Positions 1 through 12,824 are shown, counted from the stretch's first letter. The stretch is DNA of 64,000 bases from Marsupella aquatica (GCA_973895155.1 OZ316891.1:16247137-16311136), one strand, 5' to 3'. Made by a program: numbers and translations. Notes: generated by a model from the letters alone, not told the origin.

Positions 1-45
1 TCTTTCAAGCCAATGACCAGGAGAAATGGTCGGGATGGGGCAAGG

Positions 46-193
46 TGTGATGCCTAGCCAGGAATCACTAGGCCAGTTAGGTGGGGAAAACGGAGGTGTA
101 CCCTATAAACACATTAGTATAGTAACAAAAACAAGGAAAATATAAACAATTAAGAGTGACTATGGAACCCGGGCCGAGGCCGGAGGTAAGGAC
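46..193 (+). repeat. 5' end of LTR-like unit family B (fragment)
   Basis: Starts TGTGATGCCTAGCC after purine-rich GGGATGGGGCAAGG (PPT-like). Near-identical to the reverse complement of 50217-50363; similarity fades at about 193-202, where Gypsy gag/pro sequence takes over. Confidence 0.75.
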
Positions 194-225
194 GCCTGGA
201 GAATACCAAAGCCATAGCCAAGGAT

Positions 226-1254
226 GTGAAACGAGGAAAAGCGTTGTTTGCTTCGGAGGATCCAATGGCTGTGGAAACCAACGTGGAAAAACAGGCCGAA
301 GCCAAGATGAAGACACCGCCAGAAGAGAAGCCGATAGTTCCCTGTGACCTGGCTAAAGATGTGCTAGAATCTAGAGTCTCGGCAACCATAGGTCAACTAT
401 TGAAAAATAGCCCATACTTCCGGAAGCAGTTAAGGAAGGCGATTCTCGGCAAGCCGAGATTACCCAAGGTAGCAACCAAATCCGATGTGCTGATGATAGA
501 AGAAGATCAAGGAGCCCCAGCATTACCATTAATGATTCAAGGAGAAATATTATTGCAAGTACCCATTGATGGAGGATCAGGGGTATGTATTATGATCGAT
601 TCAACAGCAAAAGGATGGGGTCTAACGCTGGAGATGACTGGAAGAGTGTTAAACATGGCCAATGGATATCAAGTCATTCCCACGGGAGTGTTAACCGACA
701 TCAAAACGGAGATAGGAGGTATCTTCTTTAGCATTAACTATGTAGTAATGAAACCGGTAAACCCTACGTCGTTCCGGCTATTAATTGGCAGGCCATGGCT
801 GTACCTAGCCAAGGTAATAGAGGATTGGGGTAAGAAGGAGTTCACCTTTGGGACCCCATCTATCACGGTATCCTGGGACACCAAGGATGACCGCAGGAAA
901 AGCATCAGGGAGATAGATGGGTACAACAGTGGACTAGAATCCGCCAATGAGGTACGTTGGCTAGAATGCCTCACTGACCTAACCAAAGAAAGTGTCTTTG
1001 GACCAGAGGTACCCCCCAGTGGATTATGGCAAGAACCTATGGAAGGTGACTTGGAGGAAGGTGAAGAAGAGGTCGAGGACTGCTTTACCATAGAATCCAC
1101 CTTTTTAGCTTCAATCTCGGAGGAAGCACCAAAGGTGGACCAGTTGGGTAAAACGGTTAAGTGGGGAGCTACAGCAAGGACCGTGGATTTTCCTCAGGCG
1201 TTGTGGCAGAGCCGACAGGATCCACAACGCCGTCTATCCCCGACAACAAATTAA
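226..1254 (+). pseudogene. Gypsy gag C-terminus / aspartic protease
   Basis: IDGGSG catalytic motif and LLIGRPWL, typical of retropepsins. Confidence 0.85.
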
Positions 1255-1805
1255 ATGCAAGGGGATCGTCTTACAAGCCGATCTCAAGGGCAGAGCAAAT
1301 TGAGGCCCTACTAGAAGCCAGAAGAGCACGATGGCCTGACCCTCAGGAAGCAGGAATAGATGACATGCACGGGAAGAATCCAAAACCGAGTCAGGAAGGG
1401 AAGCCGACAACTAAATCAAAACCGAGCAGAATGGCAAGGGAACAGTCTATTGAGAACCAGGGACAAATTAAGTCAACCAACTCGGCTAGTACTACCAAGA
1501 TTCCAGTCTATGGAGGTATGAGACTGGAAAGGCTGGAAGCTGAGGTGGACCCAAATTTGAAGAAGCAGATTAATATGATCCAAGCACGGCAATACCGAAA
1601 GCTCAACTTAGGAGAAGGAAGGGAATTGAACTTAGGGAGGGACCTAACACCTGAGCTTGAGAAGGAGATCAGTGAATTACTAATTGAATTTCAGGATGTG
1701 TTCGCATGGAGTCACCAAGATCTGAAGGGAGTAGACCCAAAACTAGGAGAATACCGAATCGATCTCATGTTAGGGGCCAAATCATTTCGACAACCGATTT
1801 GACGG

Positions 1806-3221
1806 ATGAACCCTAAGTATTCCCTGATGGTAAAAACTGAAATCGACAAGCTAGTAGAAGCCGGATTCATCACTCTAGTCCTACACTCAGACTGGGTGTC
1901 TCCAATTGTGATAGTTCCCAAGAAAGCTGGACCCGATGGTAAACCAAAGATCCGGGTTTGTCAGGATTATAGGAAGTTGAATGAGGCTACGTTAAAAGAC
2001 CATTTTCCTTTACCCTTTACTGATATGGTACTAGACATGGTAGCCAGTCATGAACTATACTCATTCATGGATGGATACTCTGGTTATAACCAAATCAGGA
2101 TTAGGCAGGAGGACCAAATCAAGATGGCCTTCATCACGGAATGGGGGATCTATGTCTTCAATCGTATGCCGTTTGGACTCTGTAACGCACCAGCAATGTT
2201 CCAACGATTAATGGTGAACATTTTCCACGACTACTTGAGAAAATTCATGGAAATCTTCATTGATGACTTTGCAGTGTTTGGGAAGGCATCAAAACATGCT
2301 AAATACCTCAGGAAAACCTTCATGAGATGCAGAGAGGTAGGTCTCAAGTTACACCCCGATAAATGTTTCTTTGGAGTAACAGAGGGTGTGCTACTAGGTC
2401 ACAAGGTATCAAAGAAGGGCATTGAGATTGATAAGGGTAAGCTAGCAGTATGGCTAGATATCATGCAACCTAAGAACATAAAGGATGTGAGATCCTTCTT
2501 GGGGTGCATTGGCTATTATCGCCGGTTCATCAAGGACTTTGCCAAACTAGCTTTACCATTAACCAACATGCTCAAAGCAGGTGCAAACTTTGAACCCACA
2601 CCAGAACGAGTAACAGCAGTAATAGAATTGAAGCAAATGTTAGTAGAGGCCCCAGTCATGATAGCACCAGACTGGAACAAGGATTTTCATGTCTTTGTAG
2701 ATGTCTCAGGCTTCTGTATCGGCTCAGTACTAAGTCAGTTGGATGAGAAAGGAAGGGACCATCCCATATACTTTGCAAGCCGCCAACTTGCCGATGCCGA
2801 ATTCAATTACTCCACCACAGAAAGAGAAGCATTAGGAGTCATTTATTCCTGTAAAAAGTTTAGGCATTATTTACTGGGGTACAAAGTAATCTTTCATACC
2901 GATAATGAAAGTTTGAAGTACCTAGTAAATAAGCCGGACCTTATAGGCAGGGTAGCAAGATGGATTTTGCTATTACAGGAGTTTGACTACGAGCTAAAAA
3001 TCAAGCCAGGAAAGCTACACGCCAATGCCGACTTTTTTTCAAGGATCACAGGTGAACCTGCCATGGATTGCATCGATGATCGATTTCCCGACGAGGAGCT
3101 ATTCGTTGTGGAAATAGCTGATACATGGTACCCTGAGATTTTACAATTTCTCAGCACATCCAGATTACAGCCAGGGCTAAACAGAGAGCAAGCCGCAATC
3201 TTTCTGCGGAAGGTCAGATAG
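1806..3221 (+). pseudogene. Gypsy reverse transcriptase + RNase H
   Basis: Canonical RT and RNase H motifs; reading frame bounded by in-frame stops at 1800 and 3219. Confidence 0.95.
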
Positions 3222-4123
3222 TATCAATGCATTAAGGGCATCCTACACAGGTATGGAATCAGCGGCACGATTCAAAGGTGTTTGGAAAAAGGAGAGGTAA
3301 AACGAGTCCTACGGGCTATGCATGGGGAGGAAGCCGAAGGACATTTTTCTCCAGCAACCACGTCTAAAAAGATATTAAATGCCGGTTACTGGTGGCCCAC
3401 CTTGCACAAGGATGTCTACCAGTTTATCAAACAATGAGACCCTTGTCAGCGAGCGGGAGGACCAAGGGCGTCCACAAGACATCCACTGCACCCTATTCTA
3501 CCTCTGGCACCATTTGAGAAATGGGGTATTGACTACTTGGGACCTTTGAAACCATTGACCCATCCTCGAAAAAACAAGTACATAATCCTGGCCATGGATT
3601 ATGCAACTAAGTGGGTAGAGGCCAGGCCGACAACGAAGGATGATGCAATTACTACGGCTCGATTCATGTATGAGCAGATCTTCGCCAGGTATGGCGCACC
3701 CCTAGAATTAGTTAGTGATAGAGGAACCCATTTTTTGAATGATATAATTAGTCGTTTAAATGAGCAGTATTTAGTTAGACATAGGCCTACTACTCCCTAC
3801 CACCCAAAGGCAAATGGGTTGACAGAACAAGAAAATAGAATTATAGAAAAGATATTGAACAAAACCGTAGCTCAAAACAAACTCGATTGGGATGATAAAT
3901 TGTTTGCTGCTGTTTTTGCTTACAATTTAGCCTATAAATCCACTACCGGTCATACACCCTTTTTCTTAACCTTTGGACAGGAAGCCCTGGTACCCATGCA
4001 ACTTGAGATTCCTACATTTCAAGTTACAATTGAGGAGAGAACCTCAGAGGAGGAAAGCCTAAAGGAGCGAGAATATAGGTTAGAAGCTTTAGAGGAGGCA
4101 AGAATGATTTTAGCTGAGAGAGT
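3222..4123 (+). pseudogene. Gypsy integrase (Zn finger + DDE core), truncated
   Basis: H-x5-GH, YWWP, PFEKWGID, ELVSDRGTHF; internal TGA at about 3436. Confidence 0.9.
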
Positions 4124-4481
4124 TGTGACGCCGCCGGTACGGCGGTTAATAAGTGATTCGGTCTAACTGCGCTCAGCACGCGTGTTAGGAGTGTCTTAGG
4201 CCGCTATTATTAGCATAACGACAGTATTTAGGTAATCATTATGGGTAGGATATCATTAGGCAATAAGGGGGAATTTAGGTTCGGACTGGCGGCTGGTCGC
4301 TATTCGCACACCCGGGTTACGAGCGTGGAGGGGCCCCTCCCTCGGGTCCGTATAACGAACTTAAGGAAGCGGCCACTGACATGCGCTGACTCAGACCGGC
4401 GGAGTGGCCGGCACACCACAAGCGTGAGCGGTTCAGCCTATGGGCGTCGAGGAGACGTCGGGGGATCGACAAGCCTCAAGG

Positions 4482-4488
4482 TATAAAA
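4482..4488 (+). promoter_or_regulatory. Putative TATA box for the unit-A ORF
   Basis: TATAAAA about 100 bp upstream of ATG 4590; conserved in copy 2 (TTTTATA at about 43735-43741). Confidence 0.45.
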
Positions 4489-4589
4489 GGGGAGCCAACC
4501 CTTTGTAGTGCACCAGTCCATCAGTCCACGCGCCAGCTTCAACCCTAGCTCTCTCGTTCGCTCTAAGTCGCCACTACTATCTCCTCTGA

Positions 4590-7216
4590 ATGTCGCACAC
4601 GATCCTCTCCAGCTCGGCCATTCGATTCTGGACGCAGTTCCTATCTACCGGAAGGCACTTGGCCGACTCATTGAAACACGCCAACTCGCGTCGATACGAG
4701 ATCGAACGCGAGTACGAGAGAGCCATCCGCCTAGCAGGACGACACCACTACATCCTTAACTTTGACTACCCGTCTCAGAGCGAGCTTTATCGACCAGCAG
4801 AGGTATCCAGGTACTTTTTCAACGGAGACAAATATATCGGGTTCTGGGAAGCATTGCTTCGGCTTCCAGACGAGGTCTTCAATATCTCGGGTACGATCGA
4901 CTTGCAACGACATCACTTTGACCACATCCCTGCTCAGGTTCGGGCTATCATCAACAGCGAGTCCAGCACTACCCGTTCGACAAGGTCGTCTGCACTCGCT
5001 TCGGAGAACTTCTACCAGCACCTACAGAGCTTCATCGGAACTCGGCCAACAACCAACATGACCAACTCAGTCTTACCCGTACCCGTACCTGTACCCATAC
5101 AACCTCAGGCTCAGCTTCAGCCTCAGTCGCAGCCTAGCCAAACCCCACCACCGATCGCCCAGCTAGCACAAGTACGCTCCGTCATCAACGTTGTGGATCT
5201 TAGCGATGATGATGAGGCTACCCTACCCTTGACCAGGCGGCCCAGAGGAACAAGCGCTCAGGGGGCCGACACTATATCGTCCCCACCCCCTGCTCTGACC
5301 CCAGGAGCGGCCCCGACAGACAACATGGTGACCGTGGCCGATCCGGGCCCGTTACTAACGGCAGTGGCACTACCCAGGCCCGATCAGGAGAGTCACCTTC
5401 CCCGAGCCAGTCATGGGGGAAGAAGAGGAAGGAATCCGCCACTGCATCCGGGTTACCGTTGGCCACGGTAGCCGTGGCCAAGGTGACGATGCACCGCATG
5501 GGGGAAAATGTTCACAAAAACATCCTCCATCCCAAGCATGCGGTGTACCTGAAGACTCAGGGATTCGAGCACCTCGCCTCCCTCCCCTGGAACACTTGCA
5601 GGTACTACGGGGAGGATATGACGGAGTTCGTCAGGAATTATGACGACGCGCGTCAACATACTCGGCTGCGGGGAAGGAGTATGTCCCTCACGGAAGAATG
5701 GCTCTGGATGATCTTCAGGTTACCCAAAGGTGACCATCGAGTCGAATCACGGGCTCCCGGGGGCAAGGGAGCCAAGTACCAATCTTCAAGTTTTCCCTCA
5801 GAGGGAGCAGTGGACAACGGGTTCGTGATGAAGACCTGCCTCATCCCCGAGGTAGCTCAGCGACTGGAGTTCCAGAGGTACGCCCTCCACATGATGGCAC
5901 CCCGGGGGGAGATCTCCGCCGCCCAGGTTATCTAGGTCGAGAACTATCGACCTAGGAGGTGGGCGTCATACTTCGCTAAGAAGTTCCATGAAGAGATGGA
6001 GCGGCGAAGGAAGACGCTGTACATTGGCGAGAAGGCGTATTTCGCTAGCCACATCGAGATCATTCTTGAGTGGTACGCCCGGTTTGATCAACGAACCCTT
6101 CCCCGTGTCAACATTACAAAGCTGGTCCCGGCTAGGTGGGTTTTCCCGGCCTTGGAGAGACGGCCCCAACCCGAGGCCCGAAGTCCAGCGGACACACCAG
6201 CTTCACCCACCCCCCCTCCACAAGTAGCTGTAGTCGTAACCGAAGAGGTACCGGATGGGTCGGTTGTCGCAACCGTTGATGCGACCCAACAACCCATGCT
6301 AAGTACAGAAGTCGGTACGACGGAGGTCTTACCCGAGCCAGGGTCTCCCAAAGACCCACCGGTGGCTATTCCGGAGGACCGGGCATGGCTGTAGGAGGAC
6401 ACTCCAGCCCCTTCCAACGTTACGTCCCCAGGGCTGGACGTCACTGCCCCGGCCCCCGCGCGTGTTGATGTCTGCCCGTGCCCAACTCCGGACAGGCACA
6501 ACCTGGATCACCCGGAACTCTTCGTACCGGGTACATTTCTAAACGGGCTTCTGGGAGATTGCTCTCATCAAATTTCCCGGGATACCGGGGAGTTCATGGC
6601 CCAGAAGGTAGCCTGTTTCTTCAATCAGGAGTTGGTTGCCGCTGTAAAGGCAGGTCGGGCCCAGTCAAAGGCCCTTCAGAGGATAGAGCGGTACCGGGTG
6701 GAGTCCGTGTACCTAAAGAACGAAGTTGCGGCTCAAGAGGCTGAGCTTCTGCAACTATGACCCAAGGTTGCAGCCGCCGTTGAGTTGTTAGCAAAGGCGC
6801 ACGCTCTTATCGCCCTAGCCGAACAGGCCAAAGCTGGGAACGAGGCCGAGATTACACGACTCCGGAACCAGATTGACAGTTTGAAGAATCAAACTATCAC
6901 CTGGCACAAAGACCTGGAGGAGGCCGAGGAACGGGCCCAACGGGACACGGCGGAGATAGCCACGCTGCAGGCCGAGGTGGCGCGGCTCCAAACCGAGGCC
7001 GAGAAGCAGGACCAGCTGGCGGGTAAATTGACAAGTGACGCCCAGCAGCTGGAGGAGGCTTGTCAAGAGGCAACAGAGGAGACGAACGCGGCGAAGCGAG
7101 AGAACGAATCTCTGCTGGACCAGGTCCAGCTCCTCAAGGCGGACAATGACAGGCTTCGAAGGCAGCGGGATGGCCGCTCCCATTCGGGCGGCTCTAGCAA
7201 GCGTGCCAGGCATTAG
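4590..7216 (+). pseudogene. Unit-A accessory protein (about 870 aa reconstructed): low-complexity region, plant-retroelement accessory (Transposase_32/env-like) domain, coiled coil
   Basis: Joins ORFs 4590-5471, 5459-5935, 5996-6394 and 6785-7216; the stops here are sense codons in copy 2. Motif EFVRNY..TRLRGRSMSLT..IFGLP resembles the EFYAN..VRG..ILGL motif of Athila/SIRE extra ORFs. Confidence 0.65.
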
Positions 7217-7950
7217 CAGCGGAGTAGGAATAGATTAGGATTAGGACAAGCTTAGTCAGGCTCTTGGGACAGGCACCTGCCTTAGGTACAGCAGCGCTGT
7301 CGTGCTATCCAGCCTGCGTAGATTAGGATCTTCTAATAAGACACAGTCGTTTTCCGGCCTGACTGTCAGCTTAGTTAGGACCTTAGTCAGCAAATCTTTG
7401 GCGAGAGGATACCCTGTCCCTCGTCCCTTAGTATTTAGTGCACCCCTCGGTAGAGGCAGGGGGGTTTTTAGTTGCAGAGTTGGGCGTCCGCGGTATGTGC
7501 GGGGAGTCCCGACCTCTGGGAATGAAAGAGTACCAAGGGGAGGGGGTAGGACTAAGCTCGCCGGGCGAGTGCGGAGCCGGGCTCCATTGTAGTGTGCACC
7601 CTCGGCCTTGAACCTGTTCATTCCGGGGCTGTCGGGTCAACTAAGTGTACGCATATGTTCCCTTTGTAGTAAATCCTTTCCCATCATTTTCCTTCGTGTA
7701 AATCGAGATTGTATGCATGTGCGCGTGTATGTGTGTGGGTTTCTCGTATATGGGTGGCAGCGCCAGGCCGAACGCACTACCCGAGACGTGCACAGGGTGC
7801 AGCCTGTGGGTAAGTGGTTGCGAGCACGGGTTGAGGACCTGTATCATCGAATCCGGATCGAAGGCGGACAGCACGAAGGCTTAGAAGCCCTTAAGCCGGG
7901 GTCGATCCTGCTATCGACTAAGGTACATTCCGGTGGCGGAACACAAACCA

Positions 7951-9033
7951 AGGGCTCAGGTCTACCTGGCAGAAAGGCCAGACCCAAGCCGGGATTACAA
8001 TGGGTACCTCCTCAACCAACTGAAGAAAATCTTGAAGGAGGCCCACATAACCGCCAACAACCGGGCCATGGCGAAGACTCAGAGAAAGGAGAGGGCATTG
8101 AAAGGAGAGCTCGAGGATATCCGCGTAGATCTTGAGCAGAAGGAGGCCGAGTTAGGGAAATCCTATCAAGGGATTATTGCGCTGCAGCAAGAGCTTGCGT
8201 CCCTGACGGCCAGCTTCAAGGCCGACCTGCATGAGAAGGACGACCAGCTCGACCAGACTTATGCCAAGATGAATAAGATAGAGTCTGAGGTCGTAGCGAA
8301 GCTCGACAAGGAGCTAAGAGCAACCCAGGAGGAGAGGGCTACCTTGAAATTGAAATTGGAGGAAGCCAGAAAGGAGCTGCAGGAGGGACAGAAGGACCTA
8401 GAGGAAGCCCAGGAGGAGTTGGAGGAAACCACCAGGAAGATGGAGAACTTACAGCGGTGGGCCGACAACCAAACGGAGCGGCTGAAGAAACAGGCCATAG
8501 TATTTAAGTGCTTAGCTTCATCTGGTCCAATTCCAATTGTGGGAACTCCGTTACTAGGAGGGGTACTGGCCGAAGGACAAGCCAAGATACACACCCCGGT
8601 GCCGGAGGTAGGTAGCAAGGGGAAGGGACCAGCTACCGAAACAGGGAAGAGGAAGAAGCGGAAACCTTCTGGGTCTGGGAGTTATACGGCTTACCAAGCC
8701 GTTGTGACCCAGGAGGTCAACCCGGCACCAACCTCCGGCATGGTCACGGCAGTAGATCCACCTGTTGAAGAAGGTGGGGATGGCAAGGCCGAGGCCGGGA
8801 CAGCTATTGATGAAGCCCAGGTACCGGATCCTCCACTAGAACATGCCGGGAAGGCCGAAGCCGTATCAAAGGCCATGACCGATGCTGAGGCCGAAGCCGA
8901 GGGTGGACCCAGTCAACCCGATGAAGAGTTGACTCGGTCTCGGGCAGGTAATCTGTCAGAGGACGGACCGACGGCAGTGGCTGCGGGGGAAGCGTTGGGG
9001 GCGTCCATTGAGGATCCGCCACCGGTGTCGTGA
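7951..9033 (+). pseudogene. C-terminal coiled-coil part of the unit-B accessory protein
   Basis: Heptad-rich ORF continuing the protein begun in copy B2, followed by a KRKKRK basic patch and an acidic tail. Confidence 0.65.
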
Positions 9034-9695
9034 CAGTGCAAGGGCGTCGTTCCTTTAAGGAAGGGCGGACGTGGAGGTAGGAGGCGTGAGTGGGCAGGAC
9101 GGGCTCAGATCTCCAAGTTTAGGATTAGGATCAAGACCAGGAGACGGCCCTGACACTTAGATTAGTGGGATGGCGGATCCACTGGTAGGAGCAACACTTG
9201 TGCTCTTGCCTCGCTGTATAGTTAGGTAGATTACAAGTAGGATAGATTAAGCTTACGCGGCGAAGTTCTGGACAGATCCGCTACCAGGATAAATACCTGG
9301 GCAGCGGGGAGTCCAGGGCCTCTTCTTTAGCAAGTTTTTAGTTGCACCAGCAGGGCTGGGATCAAGTAGTAAGAGAAGCTCTTGGTTAGTTATACAGTGA
9401 CCCTTGTGTATATTCATGTTTCCTCATGCCTAAGAACTGAATAGAGTTGGCCTCACGGCTTAGTTCGCAAAGCTTGTGTATGAGATGTACTGTTTGTATG
9501 GCAAGTGCATGGTATAACTCAGTCAGAAGGAGTCATTTTGCTATTTGTGTGTCGCATTAACTTGTGTGAAGAGTGCCCACGTACATCAATGAAGGGAAGT
9601 AGCAAGGGAGTGAGAGTTGGATGTGTCGAGCTGAGAGAGGTCTTAGCGGCTTAACCAAGCCAATTGGGGATCATTCCGGCGGCGGAATCCAAACA
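7951..9695 (+). mobile_element. LTR-like unit family B, 3' half
   Basis: 7951-8041 matches the reverse complement of 48917-49007 (AQVYLAERPDPSRDYNGYLLNQLKKILKE). Ends CATTCCGGCGGCGGAATCCAAACA followed by TACCTA, as in units A and C. Confidence 0.75.
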
Positions 9696-10090
9696 TACCT
9701 AATGGAAGACCAAGAGAGGAATACAAGGGAAGGCCTAGAATAGGCCGGCTAAGTATCTCATGACTCGATGAAGCATCTGTCCAGTATATGTGTGTAAAAT
9801 GTTAATAGTAGTAGAAGGAGAGTTAGCAGCGTCCCATGCCGCTAAGCCACGGAAATGGCCTCGCCGAGGACGAAACCTGCGGGAATCGGCTTGAGCAAGG
9901 GGGTTTTCTTGGGTTTGGGGAGCAATGGGACGCACCACACAAGGCCCTCTTGGTATTGGTCCAGTGGAGGTGGTCTCCCAAGCAATGGTCCAAGATTCAT
10001 GCCAGTCCATTTTTTATACTAGCAATTCAAGTTTGGTTATGGAGCAAGGTTTGCGTTCCCTCACTCAGTTTTGCGGGTCTTTAACAGGCC

Positions 10091-11537
10091 ATGTTGGAGA
10101 TTCACATATACCTCCCGAAAATGGACCCATACTACTGGGGCGATGGGGCCCTTCTAAATCAGCTGAAGAGGCTGGATTTGAGTCTTATCTTGCGTATTTT
10201 TAAATTAATTGTGCAGGCATCCGACTTGAACCAATATCATTTTTACTTAGATGAGCAGGAAGGGGTTATTTATATTCAGTGGGACAGATATGTTTGTTGG
10301 TGTAATCGGTTAGTTCTCCTTCTTCTGAAGACTGGTGCAGTGAGGCGTCTGATTCTCCACTGCTGCCAATAGAAGTGGAGCATTCAATGAGATCCAAGAT
10401 ATCATTGATGATCTCCCAGATCCTCTTGCCACAAAGTTCCTCATTGACAGTGGTGGGAAACTTCATTCCTATCGGAGCCGTGAACTACCTCCTAGACCTC
10501 TATGTAGGTTCTTCAAGATGATCTATAGCACTGGTCTGTGGACTAGTGTGCTAGCAAATGGGGAGGCGTGCACTTGCTACGTTAATGCTTGCTGTGACAT
10601 TCCGTCACGTAGGTATTCAGTAGCAGTAGTGGATCCCGCTACCAGAGCAGTGGACTTTCATTGGTTGTGGGCTTATGATCATACGGTCACCCATATCCCT
10701 CATTGGCCCAAGAAGCATCTATTGCAATTTGATGTAGCGCGGTTTGATACTGATATAGAGCCTGAAGATAGTGAGGATGAGATCTTAGTGTAGAGGTGTT
10801 GTAGTTCACCATCCTTCATTTTGAGACATTTTAAGACTGCACAATTTTGTACTTTTAAAGTCTTCACCTGTAGAGACTTTCATTCGAGTGGACATCATTT
10901 GCATTGTATTCCCTGATGTTGTGCCTGCCATTTTCATGTGCCATGCTATCGTTTTGTTGGCTTTGTCTGTATTTTTCCATGGGAAGTAATGATAAAACCA
11001 CAGACTTGGTAACTTGCGGTTTAGAATGCAAGCCAGTTTAAGAAGGCAAACCCGTGTTACTAAACCGTCAACCACAAGTATAGGTTTCTATGTCTCTGAA
11101 CTGAACTTCCTGTGTGAAGAGGTTGAAGTGATGTTGTCATTGCTGGATTGTTTGCAGGGAAGAATTGTCATGTTCTTATGTCATCTGTGCTTGTATATTG
11201 GGTCAACAATGAGTCAGGAGACCAAAAGCATTCGGGGTCCCTTAGTTACAAGGAGGGTTGGACCTTGGTTGACGCTAGGCAAAAGATGGTGGACCTGGAA
11301 CTTTGGGATTTTGAGTTCCAGTTTATTGATGTCAATTTCAATAGTCGAATTAAGGTTGCCTGGGAGAAAGGCAACCTCATTGAGGACTGTGGAGGGAAAC
11401 TCGTCGTTATCCCAAAGGTTGGAACTGCAGTACCAGCGGGAGTACTAGGCACTGGTGTCGACATTGGGAGTAGCAATGCTTCCAATCACTACAAAGAAAG
11501 AGACAATATACACCATAAGGTGTTTGAGTCTCAATAA
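10091..11537 (+). other. Short ORFs of unknown function, probably cargo of a truncated CACTG element
   Basis: Protein-like ORFs 10091-10372, 10518-10793 and 11148-11537 lie upstream of a CACTG-type terminus at 12127; no recognisable family motif. Confidence 0.25.
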
Positions 11538-11559
11538 TTTTAACACCGGTAACCCTGCT

Positions 11560-12127
11560 GTTATGGGACATGTTCTTTGTGATTGAAACAAAGTAGCTAA
11601 TATAGAGAATCTTTATGGTGTAATAGTGTCTCATGCCAAGGTGTAATATGTCATGAGAAGCAAGAAATATAAAGCAAGCGCCCCAAACACTATCTTAGTA
11701 TTTTTGATGTATTTTGTGAATGGTGTAACGTCTCCCATAATGGTGTAATATGTCCCGTTAAAAAAAATACAAGATTTTCACTTGTCCCAAACATCTTCCC
11801 ATAATAGATGTCATCATATAAACTATATATATGGCTAACTAGAGAGACCTGGCATGTTAATGACTTGCAAAATAGTTACTATACTTCATTGGTCCAAAGC
11901 TCTATCCTTATGTGCCTCTACCAGTTTGGTGGAGAGTGACACCATTTAAAATGTGACGGTACATATAAGGCTCTATTTACATTGTCTTGGCCTCTTTACA
12001 CCCCGCTTTACACATCCTGCATTGAAAGATAAACAAACAAATCAGACTTGTCATTCAACTGCACAGTCAACCTACAATTATGATTGGTAATTTAATTGTT
12101 TGGGACATTTGTGTATCTTTTCCAGTG
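11560..12127. mobile_element. Terminal region of a CACTG-type EnSpm element
   Basis: Ends TTTTCCAGTG (reverse complement CACTGGAAAA); short GGGACA/TGTCCC and GGTGTAATATGTC subterminal-like repeats. Confidence 0.45.
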
Positions 12128-12228
12128 GTGTTCTAGGGACATATGTCACATCACTTGTGTTCATGGAGGGTGTTTGAGAGACAATCAAATGGAGTGCAAG
12201 CTAGGGACACAAGCAAAAATGAAAGTAG

Positions 12229-12398
12229 TGTTGTAACCCAGGTTAAACCTACTTACCATAGTTCTACTTGCCTAACTAGAGTTCTACCTAACTCAGTTAG
12301 GATAACTGCCTCAGGGCAACGGCCTTCAAGCCGCATGTACTTATTCTTCTCCTTGGGAGTATACACGAGATCTTTTTCCATCTTGTCATGGTCCAACA
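12229..12398 (+). repeat. Copia 5' LTR
   Basis: TGTTGTAACC...GTCCAACA; one visible mismatch to the 3' LTR. Confidence 0.95.
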
Positions 12399-12412
12399 CG
12401 TTATCAGCACGA
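12399..12412 (+). promoter_or_regulatory. Bianca-type primer binding site
   Basis: CGTTATCAGCACGA directly after the LTR; a non-TGG PBS characteristic of Bianca elements. Confidence 0.8.
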
Positions 12413-12824
12413 GTAGTGCTCTGGTTTTTTTTTTCCTTAAATTTTTTTTTCCTCCGCCCTTCTACGAACCACGCTCACACTTGTCCGATCTTTAGTCACC
12501 GCGTGAAGGTTTTGCACGAAGCGTTGCGTCTCATGAACGTCCAATGCGCACGCAATACACTCGCCGCGTGAAGTTTTCAAGACTACGAACAGAGGCAAGG
12601 CGAGCGTGCAAGCAGCCGTGCACAACGCGATCGGACAATCAGACAAAGCGAGAGGCTGGAGTGCAGCAACCAACGCAAATTACAATCGACCACTCCAGCT
12701 AACACCTCCAATTACGAAAGCTCTTCACATTCCATTTATTCATGTCATCAATTTGTGAATTCATCAATCTAGACAAATTGTATTTCCGCCACTGAAACGC
12801 ATACTACATATAATCATAGTAATC

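Larger units (their letters stand above)
194..4123 (+). mobile_element. Ty3/Gypsy (non-chromovirus, Athila/Tat-like) gag-pol internal region, disrupted
   Basis: Order PR-RT-RH-IN. Protease VPIDGGSGVCIM; RT RVCQDYRKLN, KDHFPLPF, FMDGYSGYNQI, MPFGLCNAP, FIDD; RNase H DVSGFCIGSVLSQ, YSTTEREAL; integrase GYWWP, SDRGTHF, YHPKANGLTE. Several stops and frameshifts; truncated by unit A at 4124. Confidence 0.95.
4124..7950 (+). mobile_element. LTR-like unit family A, copy 1 (3827 bp, TGTGA...AAACCA), contains a large ORF
   Basis: Full-length inverted near-identity with 40269-44099. TG...CA ends; 3' hairpin TTCCG-GTGG-CGGAA. Left and right flanks belong to different elements, so no true TSD. Confidence 0.8.

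Noticed and set aside
4124-7944. Unit A as a TIR DNA transposon (TGTGACGCCGCCGG vs CCGGTGGCGGAACACA)
   Set aside because: The inverted match is not shared by B or C, homology extends past it to AAACCA, and no TSD or DDE transposase is present.
7933-7950. Start of the 366-aa ORF
   Set aside because: The first six codons come from the end of unit A; the true N-terminus is in copy B2.
4119-7955. 5-bp TSD around unit A1 (AGAGT / AGGGC)
   Set aside because: Only 3 of 5 match and the two flanks come from different elements.
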